Shown: positions 1 through 10,644, counted from the first letter of the stretch. The stretch: 64,000 bases of DNA from Promethearchaeia archaeon (GCA_029856145.1 JAHQWK010000016.1:64001-128000), one strand, 5' to 3'. Notes: generated by a model not told the origin, from the sequence alone. Numbers and translations are program-made.

Positions 1-740
1 CTGGAACTTTTATGAATAGTATTGGTCTTGGTAATCCTGGAATAAGTGAATTTATCTCAGAAATAAAAGAAATAAAAAAACATAACATTCCATTAATCGT
101 GAGTGTTTTTGGAGATACTAATGAGGTTTATCTAGATATAGCAATAAAAGCAGAAAATACAGGAGCCGATGCGATTGAGATTAATATCTCTTGCCCCCAT
201 GCGGAAGTATCCTCTATAGGAACTGATAAAGATCTAACGTATGAAATTGTAAAATTTCTAAAAGCAAAACTTTCAATCCCTCTTTTTGTAAAGTTAAATC
301 CTAATGTAACAGATATCGGTGAAATTGCTTTAGCTGCCCAGAAAGGTGGTGCTAACGGAGTTGTTGCAATAAATACTTTTTCAGCATTGAAAATCGATGT
401 GAATACCAAAAGACCAATCTTATCACATGGAAGTGGTGGGCTTTCCGGGAAAGCAATTCATCCTATAGCTGTAAAAAAAGTATTTGATTTATATAAAGTT
501 TTAAAAATTCCAATAATTGGATGTGGAGGTATAGATTCTTGGCAAGATGTAATAGAATTCTTTTTAGCTGGAGCTTCAGCAGTACAAATCGGGACAGCTC
601 TATATAAAGGAACCGAAATTATCAAAGAAATTAATGATGAAATAACTCAATATCTAAAAAATAATGAATACACATCTATTAATGACATAAAAGGATTAGC
701 CCATCAATTTAAGACTCAAGAGGTGCCTGATTTTAACTGA
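1..740 (+). CDS. pyrD: Dihydroorotate dehydrogenase, family 1B catalytic subunit (5' truncated by window edge)
   Basis: Motifs NSIGLGNPG, NISCPH, KLNPN, AINT, GGLSG, IIGCGGI, VQIGT; frame is open to the window start. Confidence 0.95.
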   Translation, partial: GTFMNSIGLGNPGISEFISEIKEIKKHNIPLIVSVFGDTNEVYLDIAIKAENTGADAIEINISCPHAEVSSIGTDKDLTYEIVKFLKAKLSIPLFVKLNPNVTDIGEIALAAQKGGANGVVAINTFSALKIDVNTKRPILSHGSGGLSGKAIHPIAVKKVFDLYKVLKIPIIGCGGIDSWQDVIEFFLAGASAVQIGTALYKGTEIIKEINDEITQYLKNNEYTSINDIKGLAHQFKTQEVPDFN

Positions 741-1587
741 AAATATAATACACACAGTAAAGGTTCAAAATATTATTGAGGAATGTAAAGATGTTAAAAC
801 CTTAGTTTTTAACATGAAAAATAGCAAAAATGAAAACTACATCACACCGAAACCGGGGCAATTTGTTATGATATGGGTACCTGGTATAGATGAAATTCCA
901 ATGTCCATATCTGGGTGTGATAATAATGGTAATTGGGCAATTACAGTAAAAAATGTTGGAGAATGCACAAATGCTATGTGTAAATTAAACATTGGAGATT
1001 ATATTGGGGTAAGAGGTCCTTTAGGTAATCACTTTAAACTTCCAACTAATAACTCAAAAAAAATTTTCATAATTGGTGGCGGTATTGGAATGGCTCCACT
1101 AAAATTCCTATCAACAAAACTCACAGAGATGAAAATAAAACATACACTCGTAGAAGGAGCTAAAGATAAAAACGATCTAATGTTTATGGAGTATTTTCAA
1201 ATATCTACATCAGATTATTCTGAAGTTGATTATTGTACAGATAATGGAAGTCATGGTACCAAGGGTGTTGCATCTTATGTTTTCAAAGAAATTGTAGAGA
1301 AATTAACTGAAAAAAATCTTCCAAATCTAATTGTTTATTCCTGTGGTCCAGAAATCATGTTGTATAAATTATTTCAAATATGTCAAGAGTACAACATTGA
1401 ATATTATGCTAGTCTTGAAAGAATCATGAGGTGTGGATGCGGATTATGTGGGCTATGCACATTAGATCCATTGGGATTACTCGTATGTAAAGATGGACCG
1501 ATTTTTAATTCAAAAACTCTAAAGAAAATCCAAGATTTTGGAAAATACCAAAGAGATTTCACTGGAAAAAAAATCGGTATTGAGTGA
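730..1587 (+). CDS. pyrK: Dihydroorotate dehydrogenase electron transfer subunit; probable ATT start at 730 (ORF track starts at 814)
   Basis: PGQFVMIW, RGPLGN, GGGIG, SCGP, and the 2Fe-2S motif CGCGLCGLC..VC; the in-frame upstream segment VKVQNIIEECKDVKT matches the FAD-domain start; follows pyrD. Confidence 0.93.
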   Translation: MLTENIIHTVKVQNIIEECKDVKTLVFNMKNSKNENYITPKPGQFVMIWVPGIDEIPMSISGCDNNGNWAITVKNVGECTNAMCKLNIGDYIGVRGPLGNHFKLPTNNSKKIFIIGGGIGMAPLKFLSTKLTEMKIKHTLVEGAKDKNDLMFMEYFQISTSDYSEVDYCTDNGSHGTKGVASYVFKEIVEKLTEKNLPNLIVYSCGPEIMLYKLFQICQEYNIEYYASLERIMRCGCGLCGLCTLDPLGLLVCKDGPIFNSKTLKKIQDFGKYQRDFTGKKIGIE

Positions 1588-1704
1588 ATTTGCATATGAG
1601 TTAAAGGGCTTAAATCAAAAAATATTAACTTAATGTCTATATATATTACTTGAGAAAAATAAGATCTTCACAGTAAAACAAATTATTTTCTAGCTTAAAA
1701 TATA

Positions 1705-3333
1705 ATGGGTTCTTTAGAATCTGATAATCCTGAAAAAATTAAAAGAATTTCAAGAGAAATAATAGCTTATTTAATAAATAATCCCGAAACACCCCGTGAA
1801 AAAATAACAAATATTAAAGGAAAAATAAGTAAAAAATATAAATATAATAAAGTAATAAAAAATGCTACTATCTTAGATTATGCATCATCAAAAGAAAAAA
1901 ATAAAATAACTCAGATTCTGAAAAGAAGAAAAACCAGAACTTTATCTGGAGTATCTGTCATAGCTATTATGACTGAACCTCTTCCATGTCCTGGAACATG
2001 TATATATTGTCCTGGACAAGATTCTCAACCAGGGGAAAAAGTTGCTCAATCTTATACTGGTCGAGAACCCGCTGCCATGAGATCTATTCATAATAATTAC
2101 AATCCTTACTTACAAGTCCAAAGCAGAATTAATGATTTAGAAGCAATAGGGCATACAATTGATAAAATTGAACTAATTATAATGGGGGGTACATTCTTAT
2201 CAACTGATCCAGAGTATCAAACAGAATTCATTAAAGGAGCTTTAGAGGGAATAATAGAACAGGAAACAAGCAGTTTAGAAGAAGCCAAGAAACTCGCTGA
2301 GTGCTCCAAAAGACGTGTTATAGGGATAACTATAGAAACAAGACCGGATTACTGTAAAGAAAAAGATGTAGATCGAATGTTAAATTATGGAACGACTCGC
2401 GTTGAAATTGGAATACAAACGGTCTATGATGATATATTTAAACTCGTAAAGAGAGGGCATACTACTTTAGATAGCATAGAGGCCATAAGAATTGCTAAGG
2501 ACGCTGGTTTAAAAATAAATGCCCATATTATGCCCAATCTCCCAGGTTCTGATTATTCAAAAGACATAGAACTTTTTGATGAGTTGTTTTCCAACTCAGA
2601 TTACCGCCCTGATATGCTAAAAATATATCCTACACTTGTAATCAACGGTACTGAATTATATAATTGGTGGAAGAAAGGGAAGTATTCCCCTTATTCAGAT
2701 GAGGAATTAATTGATTTAATCGCAACAGTTAAAAAGATGCTTCCGCCCTATGTACGAATTCAAAGAATAATGAGAGATATCCCTGCCAACCTAATCGAAG
2801 CGGGATGTAGAAATAGCAATTTAAGACAATTGGTTCAAGAAAAATTAAAAGAAATAAATGAAACTTGTAAATGCATTAGATGTAGAGAGTATGGGATCAG
2901 GAAAAGAAAAGAAATTATCGATGAAAACTCTTTCGATGATATTAAGTTGTATAGACTAAATTATGAAGCATCCTATGGTAATGAGGTTTTTCTATCTTTT
3001 GAGAATAAAGTAGAAGATTATTTAGCGGGATATCTTCGTTTAAGACAACCATCTGAATATGCTCATAGACCAGAATTAAATAATGGGAAAACAACGATAG
3101 TAAGAGAAATTAAAGTAGTTGGTGAACTTGTTCCAACAGATTCGAAACCTAACTATTACACTCAAATTCAACATCGAGGATTTGGAAAATTGTTGATGGA
3201 AAATGCTGAAAAGATATCGTCTGAAGATTTTAATGCAGAAAAATTAGCTGTTATCAGTGGTTTCGGAGCTAGAGATTTTTTCAGAAATTTGGGATATAAA
3301 CTAGATGGTGTTTATGTTTCTAAGTTTCTATAA
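1705..3333 (+). CDS. elp3: Elp3 tRNA U34 carboxymethyltransferase (radical SAM + GNAT)
   Basis: TRTLSGV, CPGTCIYCP, QSYTGREPAA, MGGTF, ETRPD, QHRGFGKLLM. Confidence 0.96.
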   Translation: MGSLESDNPEKIKRISREIIAYLINNPETPREKITNIKGKISKKYKYNKVIKNATILDYASSKEKNKITQILKRRKTRTLSGVSVIAIMTEPLPCPGTCIYCPGQDSQPGEKVAQSYTGREPAAMRSIHNNYNPYLQVQSRINDLEAIGHTIDKIELIIMGGTFLSTDPEYQTEFIKGALEGIIEQETSSLEEAKKLAECSKRRVIGITIETRPDYCKEKDVDRMLNYGTTRVEIGIQTVYDDIFKLVKRGHTTLDSIEAIRIAKDAGLKINAHIMPNLPGSDYSKDIELFDELFSNSDYRPDMLKIYPTLVINGTELYNWWKKGKYSPYSDEELIDLIATVKKMLPPYVRIQRIMRDIPANLIEAGCRNSNLRQLVQEKLKEINETCKCIRCREYGIRKRKEIIDENSFDDIKLYRLNYEASYGNEVFLSFENKVEDYLAGYLRLRQPSEYAHRPELNNGKTTIVREIKVVGELVPTDSKPNYYTQIQHRGFGKLLMENAEKISSEDFNAEKLAVISGFGARDFFRNLGYKLDGVYVSKFL

Positions 3334-3498
3334 CAAACTTTTTATTAATTATACAATCTTCTTGGCAGAATCGTATTTTCTTAAAATAAAAACAGTTAAT
3401 TCTCATAACTTATATTTGAAAAACTTTTTTTTTTAATAATTTTAAATAGATGAAATATTACTATATTTATGTCAAAAATGTGTGAGTAATGAATTAAA

Positions 3499-4587
3499 AT
3501 GGTTTCTGAAAAGCCTTTATCAAAAAAAAAAATAGCTCAACAAACAATTTCTCTTTCACCAGCACTTAAAGATAGAATCGAGAAATATGTAAAAGAAAAT
3601 AATGAAAAAAATCCTGAGGATGAAAGGTTTAGGAGTGTTTCCTCTTTTTATAATTATGTGATGACGCTTTCAATGGATAGTCTTGAAAAAGGAAAGAACC
3701 TTGATGACTTAAAATCTTTTGTAGATGCTGAAATTAAAGGCTTCTTCGATAAAATTACTTTTAACGCTTTAATTCCTTATTATGAAACTGCTATAAGAAC
3801 CAATCGTTATACACATCTTTTTTTTGAAAAAAATACCTTTTTTTACTTAACTCTAAGAAGACTTTATTTGGCTCGAATGGACCCTTACGATAATATTAGC
3901 ATTAAGACCATATTCAATAGAGTCAGAAACTTTTTATTTTCAAATAATCTTACTAGGGAAGTTAATTTGGACCTTTTTACTGGAAAGACTGGAAAAGATT
4001 TATCTGGAGTATTTGAATATGCTGGAATATACAAAAATTTAACTTTTGAAAATTGTAAATATAATGCTGCACTTTTCGGATTGTTAGGTGTGAAAATAAC
4101 TAACTTTTTGTATTCAGATAAAGATGATTACTTCAGGTTCGATTTAAAAACTACAGACTTATTTTATAGAAAAGATTTAGCAAAGAAAGAGAGAATAAAA
4201 CTAATCAACCATAATCTCTCTTATTTTATCAATTATCTTAGGATTATTGATGATAAAGCCTATTATTTTTGGATGAAATTAGCTGATGATAAACGGGTTA
4301 TTATCACATTCAATAATGAAGAAACTAAAAATGATTGGATAAATTTAATACAAAGCGAAATCGAAAAATTTGGAGATAAAGAGGATTATCCTCTTAATAT
4401 GTTAAAATTCTTTGAAAAATTACATTGGATTGAAATTGAAAGTGAAAAGGATCTAATCTTTCACTTTAGATTATCTAAAACCAAATACCAAAATGAAAGA
4501 GAATTTTTAATAGAGACTCTTTCAAAAAAATCTAAAATCTCACAAACAAATGGGAAATACCAAGTTAAAAAGCTTAATGATTATTGA
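3499..4587 (+). CDS. Putative regulator: N-terminal ribbon-helix-helix plus uncharacterised C-terminal domains (paralog A)
   Basis: QQTISLSPALKDRIEKYV...SVSSFYNYVM fits the RHH strand-helix-helix pattern; co-linear with the 4962 paralog. Confidence 0.6.
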   Translation: MVSEKPLSKKKIAQQTISLSPALKDRIEKYVKENNEKNPEDERFRSVSSFYNYVMTLSMDSLEKGKNLDDLKSFVDAEIKGFFDKITFNALIPYYETAIRTNRYTHLFFEKNTFFYLTLRRLYLARMDPYDNISIKTIFNRVRNFLFSNNLTREVNLDLFTGKTGKDLSGVFEYAGIYKNLTFENCKYNAALFGLLGVKITNFLYSDKDDYFRFDLKTTDLFYRKDLAKKERIKLINHNLSYFINYLRIIDDKAYYFWMKLADDKRVIITFNNEETKNDWINLIQSEIEKFGDKEDYPLNMLKFFEKLHWIEIESEKDLIFHFRLSKTKYQNEREFLIETLSKKSKISQTNGKYQVKKLNDY

Positions 4588-4603
4588 ATTTTAATATCGA
4601 ATT

Positions 4604-4712
4604 AAAAAAAAAAAAGAAAAGACCTCGTCCTCTTTACTCCCCAAATTTCCCCTTTTCTTGTCTTTATGGCGGGACCCCTGCAAATCCCCTTGATCTTTAT
4701 CGCTAATAATTG
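4604..4712 (-). ncRNA. Candidate ~100-nt small RNA / G-tract element
   Basis: Minus-strand TTTTTAAA box at 4744-4737, four GGGG runs, then a T12 tract at 4615-4604; ends approximate. Confidence 0.3.
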
Positions 4713-4961
4713 CCCAAATATAATTTTTCAAGAGCATTTAAAAACGTTACTAATAGGTGTTTGTTTCAATGATCATAATATTAGATAACTCCAATAAGAA
4801 AACATGAAAAGTAAAAGAATAAAAGCTTATAATTAGAAAGAAATGTATCTTAAAAAAAATTAATATACTTACAAATTTTCATTTAAAATATATAAAAACT
4901 TATTTAATATGACTTTTCATCTAATATAAATTTAAAAATTAGAGAATATATAAAACATATT

Positions 4962-6038
4962 ATGACCTCAAAAAAATATCTTTCAAACAAGAAAACTGCC
5001 CAACAAACAATTTCCATTTCTCCAGCTCTTAAAGATTGGATAAAAAGGTATGTAAATGTAAATCACAGAGAGAATCCTAATGATGAGAGATTTAAGAGTA
5101 TAAGTTCGTTCATTACTTATATTTTGGATAATATTATGAAACTTTTTAAAGAAGGCAAAACCATTGATGATTTTAAGAGAGTAGAAGATCAAGTTTATAA
5201 AGATTTTTTTGATAAATTTACGTTTAAAGCCACAATTCCCCTTTATGATATGGTAGCAGAGAGCAATAGATATGTTCCAATTTCTTTTGATTTCATTACA
5301 CGATTTATTATAGCTGTTTATCATTTTTATCGTAGTATTTATTTAAAGGAAAGAGGCCATGAAGGGTGGAAACTATTATTCGAACGCTTTAAAAATCGAG
5401 TATATCCTTCCAATATCGTAAAAGAATTGAGACTTGATATTTTTACTGATAAAAATAAAAAGTATGGAACAGCTACTTTGGAATTTGTTGGTAAGCAGAG
5501 AAATTTACATTTCGAAAATTGTAAATTTTTTGCTGCTATATGTGGCATTCTAGGGGTAAAGGTCACTGATTTTATTTATTCTCCTAAAGATTTTTACTGT
5601 AGACTTGATTTATTAGAAACTCCTCTCGTGTTCAGAGAAGAATTAGCTAAGAAAGAAAGAATAAAACTCTTAAAAGAAAACGTAGATTATATTATAAACT
5701 ATAATAGAATGCTCGATGATAAAGATAAGTATTTATGGATGAATTTAGCAGAAGATAATAATTTATTTATAAGTTTTAAGAATAAAATAGTTTTTAATAA
5801 ATGGATTAAAACCATCGAGGAAGATTTGCGAAAATTTGGTACACAAGAAGATTTTCTTAGTAAAATATTACAATTCTTTAATAAACTCCATTGGATTAGA
5901 ATTGAAAATATAAAAGATCTCTCCTTTCGAATTGAACAATCTCTCGAAAACAATGATGTACAAAAACATTTTTTAATAGAATATCTTTCACAGCATTCAG
6001 AAGTTTCTCAAAATAATGAGATATATCATTTAAAATAG
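4962..6038 (+). CDS. Putative regulator: N-terminal ribbon-helix-helix plus uncharacterised C-terminal domains (paralog B)
   Basis: QQTISISPALKDWIKRYV...SISSFITYIL; shares FENCK, LGVK.T.F.YS, LAKKERIKL and FF.KLHWI blocks with 3499. Confidence 0.6.
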   Translation: MTSKKYLSNKKTAQQTISISPALKDWIKRYVNVNHRENPNDERFKSISSFITYILDNIMKLFKEGKTIDDFKRVEDQVYKDFFDKFTFKATIPLYDMVAESNRYVPISFDFITRFIIAVYHFYRSIYLKERGHEGWKLLFERFKNRVYPSNIVKELRLDIFTDKNKKYGTATLEFVGKQRNLHFENCKFFAAICGILGVKVTDFIYSPKDFYCRLDLLETPLVFREELAKKERIKLLKENVDYIINYNRMLDDKDKYLWMNLAEDNNLFISFKNKIVFNKWIKTIEEDLRKFGTQEDFLSKILQFFNKLHWIRIENIKDLSFRIEQSLENNDVQKHFLIEYLSQHSEVSQNNEIYHLK

Positions 6039-6301
6039 TTTAATTTTATCCACCAATTAATTTTAATGGTTCGAGTTTCAGGATATAGTGCTAGATTTGT
6101 AGATCTCCCAAAAGCAGTTTAAGATGATATAATTTGAAGACATTGTTATTCAAAAGTATAAAACGAATTATAAATTACTAATTGCTGTTAACTATTTAAA
6201 ATAACCTAGATTAAATATCTCAAAGCTTTTTTGAAAATAACTATAAGATTTATTACTTAACTTATTATTGTATTTGACTAAAATTTAAAAAGAAGTCTCG
6301 A

Positions 6302-8227
6302 TTGAGTATGGAAGAATTTGATTATGAAAAACTAGGTCTTAAGTGTGGTTTAGAAATTCATCAACAATTAAATACGAAAAAAAAATTATTCTGTAGATGC
6401 CCTGCTAAACTTCAAGGAACTAGACAACCTGAATTTATTCTATCACGCAAAATGAGGCCTGTATTAGGTGAAATGGGTACTTATGATAAAGCAATGCTTA
6501 CTGAATATGAAAAAGGAATGGGAATTGTATATGAAGGTTATAACGATGTAGTATGTACTTATGAACTCGATGATACACCCCCATTTTCATGTAATATCGA
6601 AGCAAGAAAGGTTGCTCTCCAAATTGCTTTGCTTCTAAATGCAAATATTATTGAAGAAATGCATGTTTGCAGAAAGAATTACCTTGATGGAAGCGTGCCA
6701 AGTGGATTCCAAAGGACTATGATTTTGGGAACTGACGGCTATATAACTTTAGAAAGTGGTAAAAAAATCCGGATAGAAATTCTAAGTTTGGAAGAAGAAG
6801 CAGCGAGAAAAATTAAAACTGAAAATAAAACGAATTTTTTTCGATTAGATCGATTAGGAATTCCATTGGTAGAAGTAACAACCAAACCTGATATAAATAC
6901 TCCATATGAATGTCGAGAGTGTGCTGAAAGAATAGGATTGCTATTATGGTCAACAAATGTAAAGAAAGTTCTTGGATCAATTAGACAAGATGTTAATGTC
7001 AGTATTGAAGCAGGAACCAGAATTGAAATAAAAGGAGTTCAGAAATTAGGATGGATTCCTCTTTTAATCAATCATGAAATTTCACGACAATTAAAACTTC
7101 TTGAAATAAAAGAAGAACTTGAAAATAGAAAGTTAAAAGAAAATGATATTCCAAATAGCCCGATAGATTTAACTGGCACCCTGACTAAAACTAAATCCAG
7201 TTTTATAGCTAAGGGCATTAAATCGGGGAAACTATTATACGGGATTAATTTTAGTGGATTTAAAGGTATATTTGGTAAAGAGTTAATGGAAGATTATAGG
7301 TTTGGTACTGAAGTTAGTATTAAAGTAAAATTGATCTCTGGTTTAAGAGGAATAATTCATTCTGATGAAACCTTAAGCAAATATAATTTTTCAAATGAAG
7401 ACGTTAAGAAAATTAAAGAGAAATTAGGTTCTAAAGAAAATGATAGTTTTATTTTGCTATTAGGCTCTAAGAAAGAATTAAAAAAAGCAATTGATGTTAT
7501 CATCAATCGAGTAAAGTTTGCTTTTAATGGTGTTCCTCCTGAGACTAGAAAGGCTCTTGAAAATGGAAACACTGAATTTTTAAGAGAACTTCATGGGGGC
7601 GCAAGATTATATCCTGACACAGATACAGAAGCTATCTTCAATACTGAAGAAGAAATAAATGCAACAAGAAAAAATCTCCCAGAATATCCATGGATAATTA
7701 TAGAACAATATTCTAAAAAATATGAAGTTGAAGAAAGATTGATAAAAGACCTAATTTTTACAGGAAAACTCAAGTTGTTTGATGATCTAATAAAAATATA
7801 TCCTGATAATCCCTCATTAATCTTTACAACTCTATTAGAAACAACTATTGCCCTTAGAAGAGATGGGAAAACCATTGAAAATATTACTGACCTTGATTTT
7901 ATTAAAATTTTTACTCTTTTAAAGAAAAAAGAAATTAGTAAAGAAGCAATCGAAGAATTAATGAGCCTCAAAGCTAATACTCCAGAGCTTTCTATTGATA
8001 AGATTAAGAAGAAATTAAAAATTGAGAGTATTTCAATTGATGATCTCAAACAAATAATAGAGGAGATTATAAAAAATAACTTTAATCTAATAAAAGAAAA
8101 AGAATTGAGAGCAAAAGGGCCATTGATGGGAGAAGTTATGAAAAAAGTTAGAGGAAAAATTGATGGTGCCATTGTATCCAAAGAACTAGCTAATATTTTA
8201 AAAGAAAAAATAAAGGGGTTGAAATAA
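6302..8227 (+). CDS. gatE: Glu-tRNA(Gln) amidotransferase subunit E
   Basis: GLKCGLEIHQQL, KLFC.CP, LDRLGIPLVE, IRQDVNVSI, ARLYPDTD; abuts gatD. Confidence 0.97.
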   Translation: MSMEEFDYEKLGLKCGLEIHQQLNTKKKLFCRCPAKLQGTRQPEFILSRKMRPVLGEMGTYDKAMLTEYEKGMGIVYEGYNDVVCTYELDDTPPFSCNIEARKVALQIALLLNANIIEEMHVCRKNYLDGSVPSGFQRTMILGTDGYITLESGKKIRIEILSLEEEAARKIKTENKTNFFRLDRLGIPLVEVTTKPDINTPYECRECAERIGLLLWSTNVKKVLGSIRQDVNVSIEAGTRIEIKGVQKLGWIPLLINHEISRQLKLLEIKEELENRKLKENDIPNSPIDLTGTLTKTKSSFIAKGIKSGKLLYGINFSGFKGIFGKELMEDYRFGTEVSIKVKLISGLRGIIHSDETLSKYNFSNEDVKKIKEKLGSKENDSFILLLGSKKELKKAIDVIINRVKFAFNGVPPETRKALENGNTEFLRELHGGARLYPDTDTEAIFNTEEEINATRKNLPEYPWIIIEQYSKKYEVEERLIKDLIFTGKLKLFDDLIKIYPDNPSLIFTTLLETTIALRRDGKTIENITDLDFIKIFTLLKKKEISKEAIEELMSLKANTPELSIDKIKKKLKIESISIDDLKQIIEEIIKNNFNLIKEKELRAKGPLMGEVMKKVRGKIDGAIVSKELANILKEKIKGLK

Positions 8228-9586
8228 ATGAGTGAAAATTTAAAAGGCTATAAAGGAGAAGGAAAGAAGCTATTAGAAAAAAATAAGGTCGGAATTTGGG
8301 ATATTGTTCATATTAAAACAGGAAAAACTCAATATGAAGGAATTATTTTACCAAGAATTGAACACTCAGCTCCAAATTTCATAAACATAAAATTGGAAAA
8401 TAATTACAATATTGGAGTAAAGGTTTCTGAAATACAGGAAATTAAAAAGATTGGAAAACGAGAAGCTTCTTATAAAATACCTCAAAAAAAATTTCCATAC
8501 AATCAAGATCTCCCTAATATAAAGTTATTGGGAACTGGTGGAACTATTGCATCAAGATTGGATTATACTACAGGCGCAGTGATTCCTTCCTTCACTCCTG
8601 GAGAATTATATAGTGCTGTTCCAGAATTGGCAGAAATATGTAATCTTGATTGTGAAATTGTTTTTGAAATTCTTTCTGAAAATATGAAACCTGAATATTG
8701 GCAACAATTAGCAGAAAAAGTTAAAGAAGCAGCAAATTCAGGAATCAATGGGATTATGATTGGTCATGGAACTGATACAATGTCATTTACCAGTGCAGCT
8801 CTCTCATTCATGCTAAAGGATCTATCAATTCCTGTAGTCCTAGTTGGTAGTCAGAGGAGCTCCGATAGACCGTCTTCGGATGCAGCCTTAAACTTAATTA
8901 ATGCTGCGGTTGTAGCAAATTCAAATATCGCTGAGGTCTTAGTTTGTATGCTCGGATCTTCATCTCATGATTATGGATTAATCCACAGAGGTACGTTAGT
9001 AAGAAAAATGCATTCATCTGTTAGGAATACCTTTAGAACTATAAATAACATACCACTGGGCATGGTTCAAAATAGAAAAATTAAAATGTTCACTAAAGAC
9101 TATAAGAAAAAATCAAAATTAGAAACAAAAGCTCTAACTAAATTCGAAAAAAAAATTGCACTTGTATATTCTTACCCCGGAACTGATAATGAGCAAATTA
9201 ATTTTTACATTGATAATAGTTATAAGGGAATTGTATTTGCTGGAACTGGATTAGGACATGTGTCCACTACTATTTATGATTCAATAGAAAGAGCTATTCA
9301 AGAAGGATTAACCATTCTCATGACCACGCAAACACTCCATGGATATGTTGGGATGAATGTCTATTCAACTGGAAGAGAATTATTAAATAGGGGGATTATC
9401 CCTGGACAAAATCTATTGCCAGAAGTCGCCTATGTAAAACTTGGTTGGGTACTAGGACAAACTACGAATCCTGAAGAAATTAAAGCCTTATTATTAGAGA
9501 ATATTGCAGGTGAGTTTTTAGAACGAGAAATACCTATAGCTTTCAATTATAATATTGATGAATTACTAAAAAAGAACAAGCTCTAG
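8228..9586 (+). CDS. gatD: Glu-tRNA(Gln) amidotransferase subunit D
   Basis: GTGGTIASRLDY, HGTDT, GSQRSSDRPSSD, RKMHSS. Confidence 0.97.
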   Translation: MSENLKGYKGEGKKLLEKNKVGIWDIVHIKTGKTQYEGIILPRIEHSAPNFINIKLENNYNIGVKVSEIQEIKKIGKREASYKIPQKKFPYNQDLPNIKLLGTGGTIASRLDYTTGAVIPSFTPGELYSAVPELAEICNLDCEIVFEILSENMKPEYWQQLAEKVKEAANSGINGIMIGHGTDTMSFTSAALSFMLKDLSIPVVLVGSQRSSDRPSSDAALNLINAAVVANSNIAEVLVCMLGSSSHDYGLIHRGTLVRKMHSSVRNTFRTINNIPLGMVQNRKIKMFTKDYKKKSKLETKALTKFEKKIALVYSYPGTDNEQINFYIDNSYKGIVFAGTGLGHVSTTIYDSIERAIQEGLTILMTTQTLHGYVGMNVYSTGRELLNRGIIPGQNLLPEVAYVKLGWVLGQTTNPEEIKALLLENIAGEFLEREIPIAFNYNIDELLKKNKL

Positions 9587-9717
9587 ACTACTTAAATTGT
9601 ATCTTATTTTGGTAAGAAACTTTATTTTTCAATTAAACTTTAAATTTTCAGTGAAAATAATAAAAATTTTAAAGTTTGCATAATTAAAGTTCATATTCAG
9701 ACAATATCGTGAAGTAA

Positions 9718-10449
9718 ATGGGAAAACGAATTTTAGCTCAAAGAAAAGGTAGAGGCGTCCTTGGGTTTAGATCTCCCAGCCATCGGCATGCCGGTAGAGT
9801 AAAATATAGAAGTTTTAAGAAGAATGAGAAGCTATTTACGTTTAAAGTACTAGATCTCATCCATTCTCCCGGAAGAGGAGCCCCTGTTGCTCGCATACAA
9901 TATGAAGATACAAAAGAAAAAGCTTTATGGTTGCCTCCAGAAGGAATTTTTGTAGGACAAGAGTTTATACAATCTAAAACGGGTTACGGTCAATCAGTAG
10001 AGGTTGGAAATGTCTTACCGCTTAAAAAAATGCCGTTAGGGACATTAGTATTTAACATCGAGGCCACTCCGCAGGACGGAGGCAAATTCGCGAGAGCGTC
10101 TGGTGTTGCTGCAATTGTTAGAAACAGGTCTGGAAATAAAGTCGAAGTTCTCTTTCGTTCAAAGAAAACTAAATGGATACACGAGAAATGCCTAGCAACT
10201 ATTGGTGTAGTTGCCGGTGGAGGTCGTACAGATAAACCTTTTCTTAAAGCTGGAAATAAGTTCCATTATGTAAAATCTAAAGCTAAAAAATGGCCTGTGG
10301 TAAGAGGAGTCGCTATGAACGCGGTGTCTCATCCATACGGTGGCGGCGCAAAGCAATCTCCTCATAAATCTACGACAACAAGTAGAAATGCTCCTCCAGG
10401 TAGGAAAGTTGGGCAAATAGCTGCTCGTAGAACGGGACATCAAAATTAA
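9718..10449 (+). CDS. rpl2: 50S ribosomal protein uL2
   Basis: MGKRILAQRKG, HSPGRGAP, RGVAMNAVSHPYGGG, PPGRKVGQIAARRTG. Confidence 0.98.
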   Translation: MGKRILAQRKGRGVLGFRSPSHRHAGRVKYRSFKKNEKLFTFKVLDLIHSPGRGAPVARIQYEDTKEKALWLPPEGIFVGQEFIQSKTGYGQSVEVGNVLPLKKMPLGTLVFNIEATPQDGGKFARASGVAAIVRNRSGNKVEVLFRSKKTKWIHEKCLATIGVVAGGGRTDKPFLKAGNKFHYVKSKAKKWPVVRGVAMNAVSHPYGGGAKQSPHKSTTTSRNAPPGRKVGQIAARRTGHQN

Positions 10450-10644
10450 ATCTACAATACTTCAATTTCTTTTTTAAAAATAGATTAAAATAAAAAAAAG
10501 TTAGATTTAATTATTAAAACTTAATAAATCTTTTCAATGGCTCAAAAGAATAATTAATTGCTCTTCTTTATTTAAAGAGATTAAGAAATTGCGCCCCCTC
10601 AACCCTTAACTAGAAAAAAAAGAAATAGAAAAGAAAAATCTAGC

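Noticed and set aside
6039-6160. Slightly GC-richer spacer with short minus-strand reading frames
   Set aside because: Under 30 codons, no recognisable homology or structure
10585-10644. Purine tract and C-rich patch between rpl2 and tfb
   Set aside because: Adequately explained as the T-rich terminator region of tfb on the minus strand
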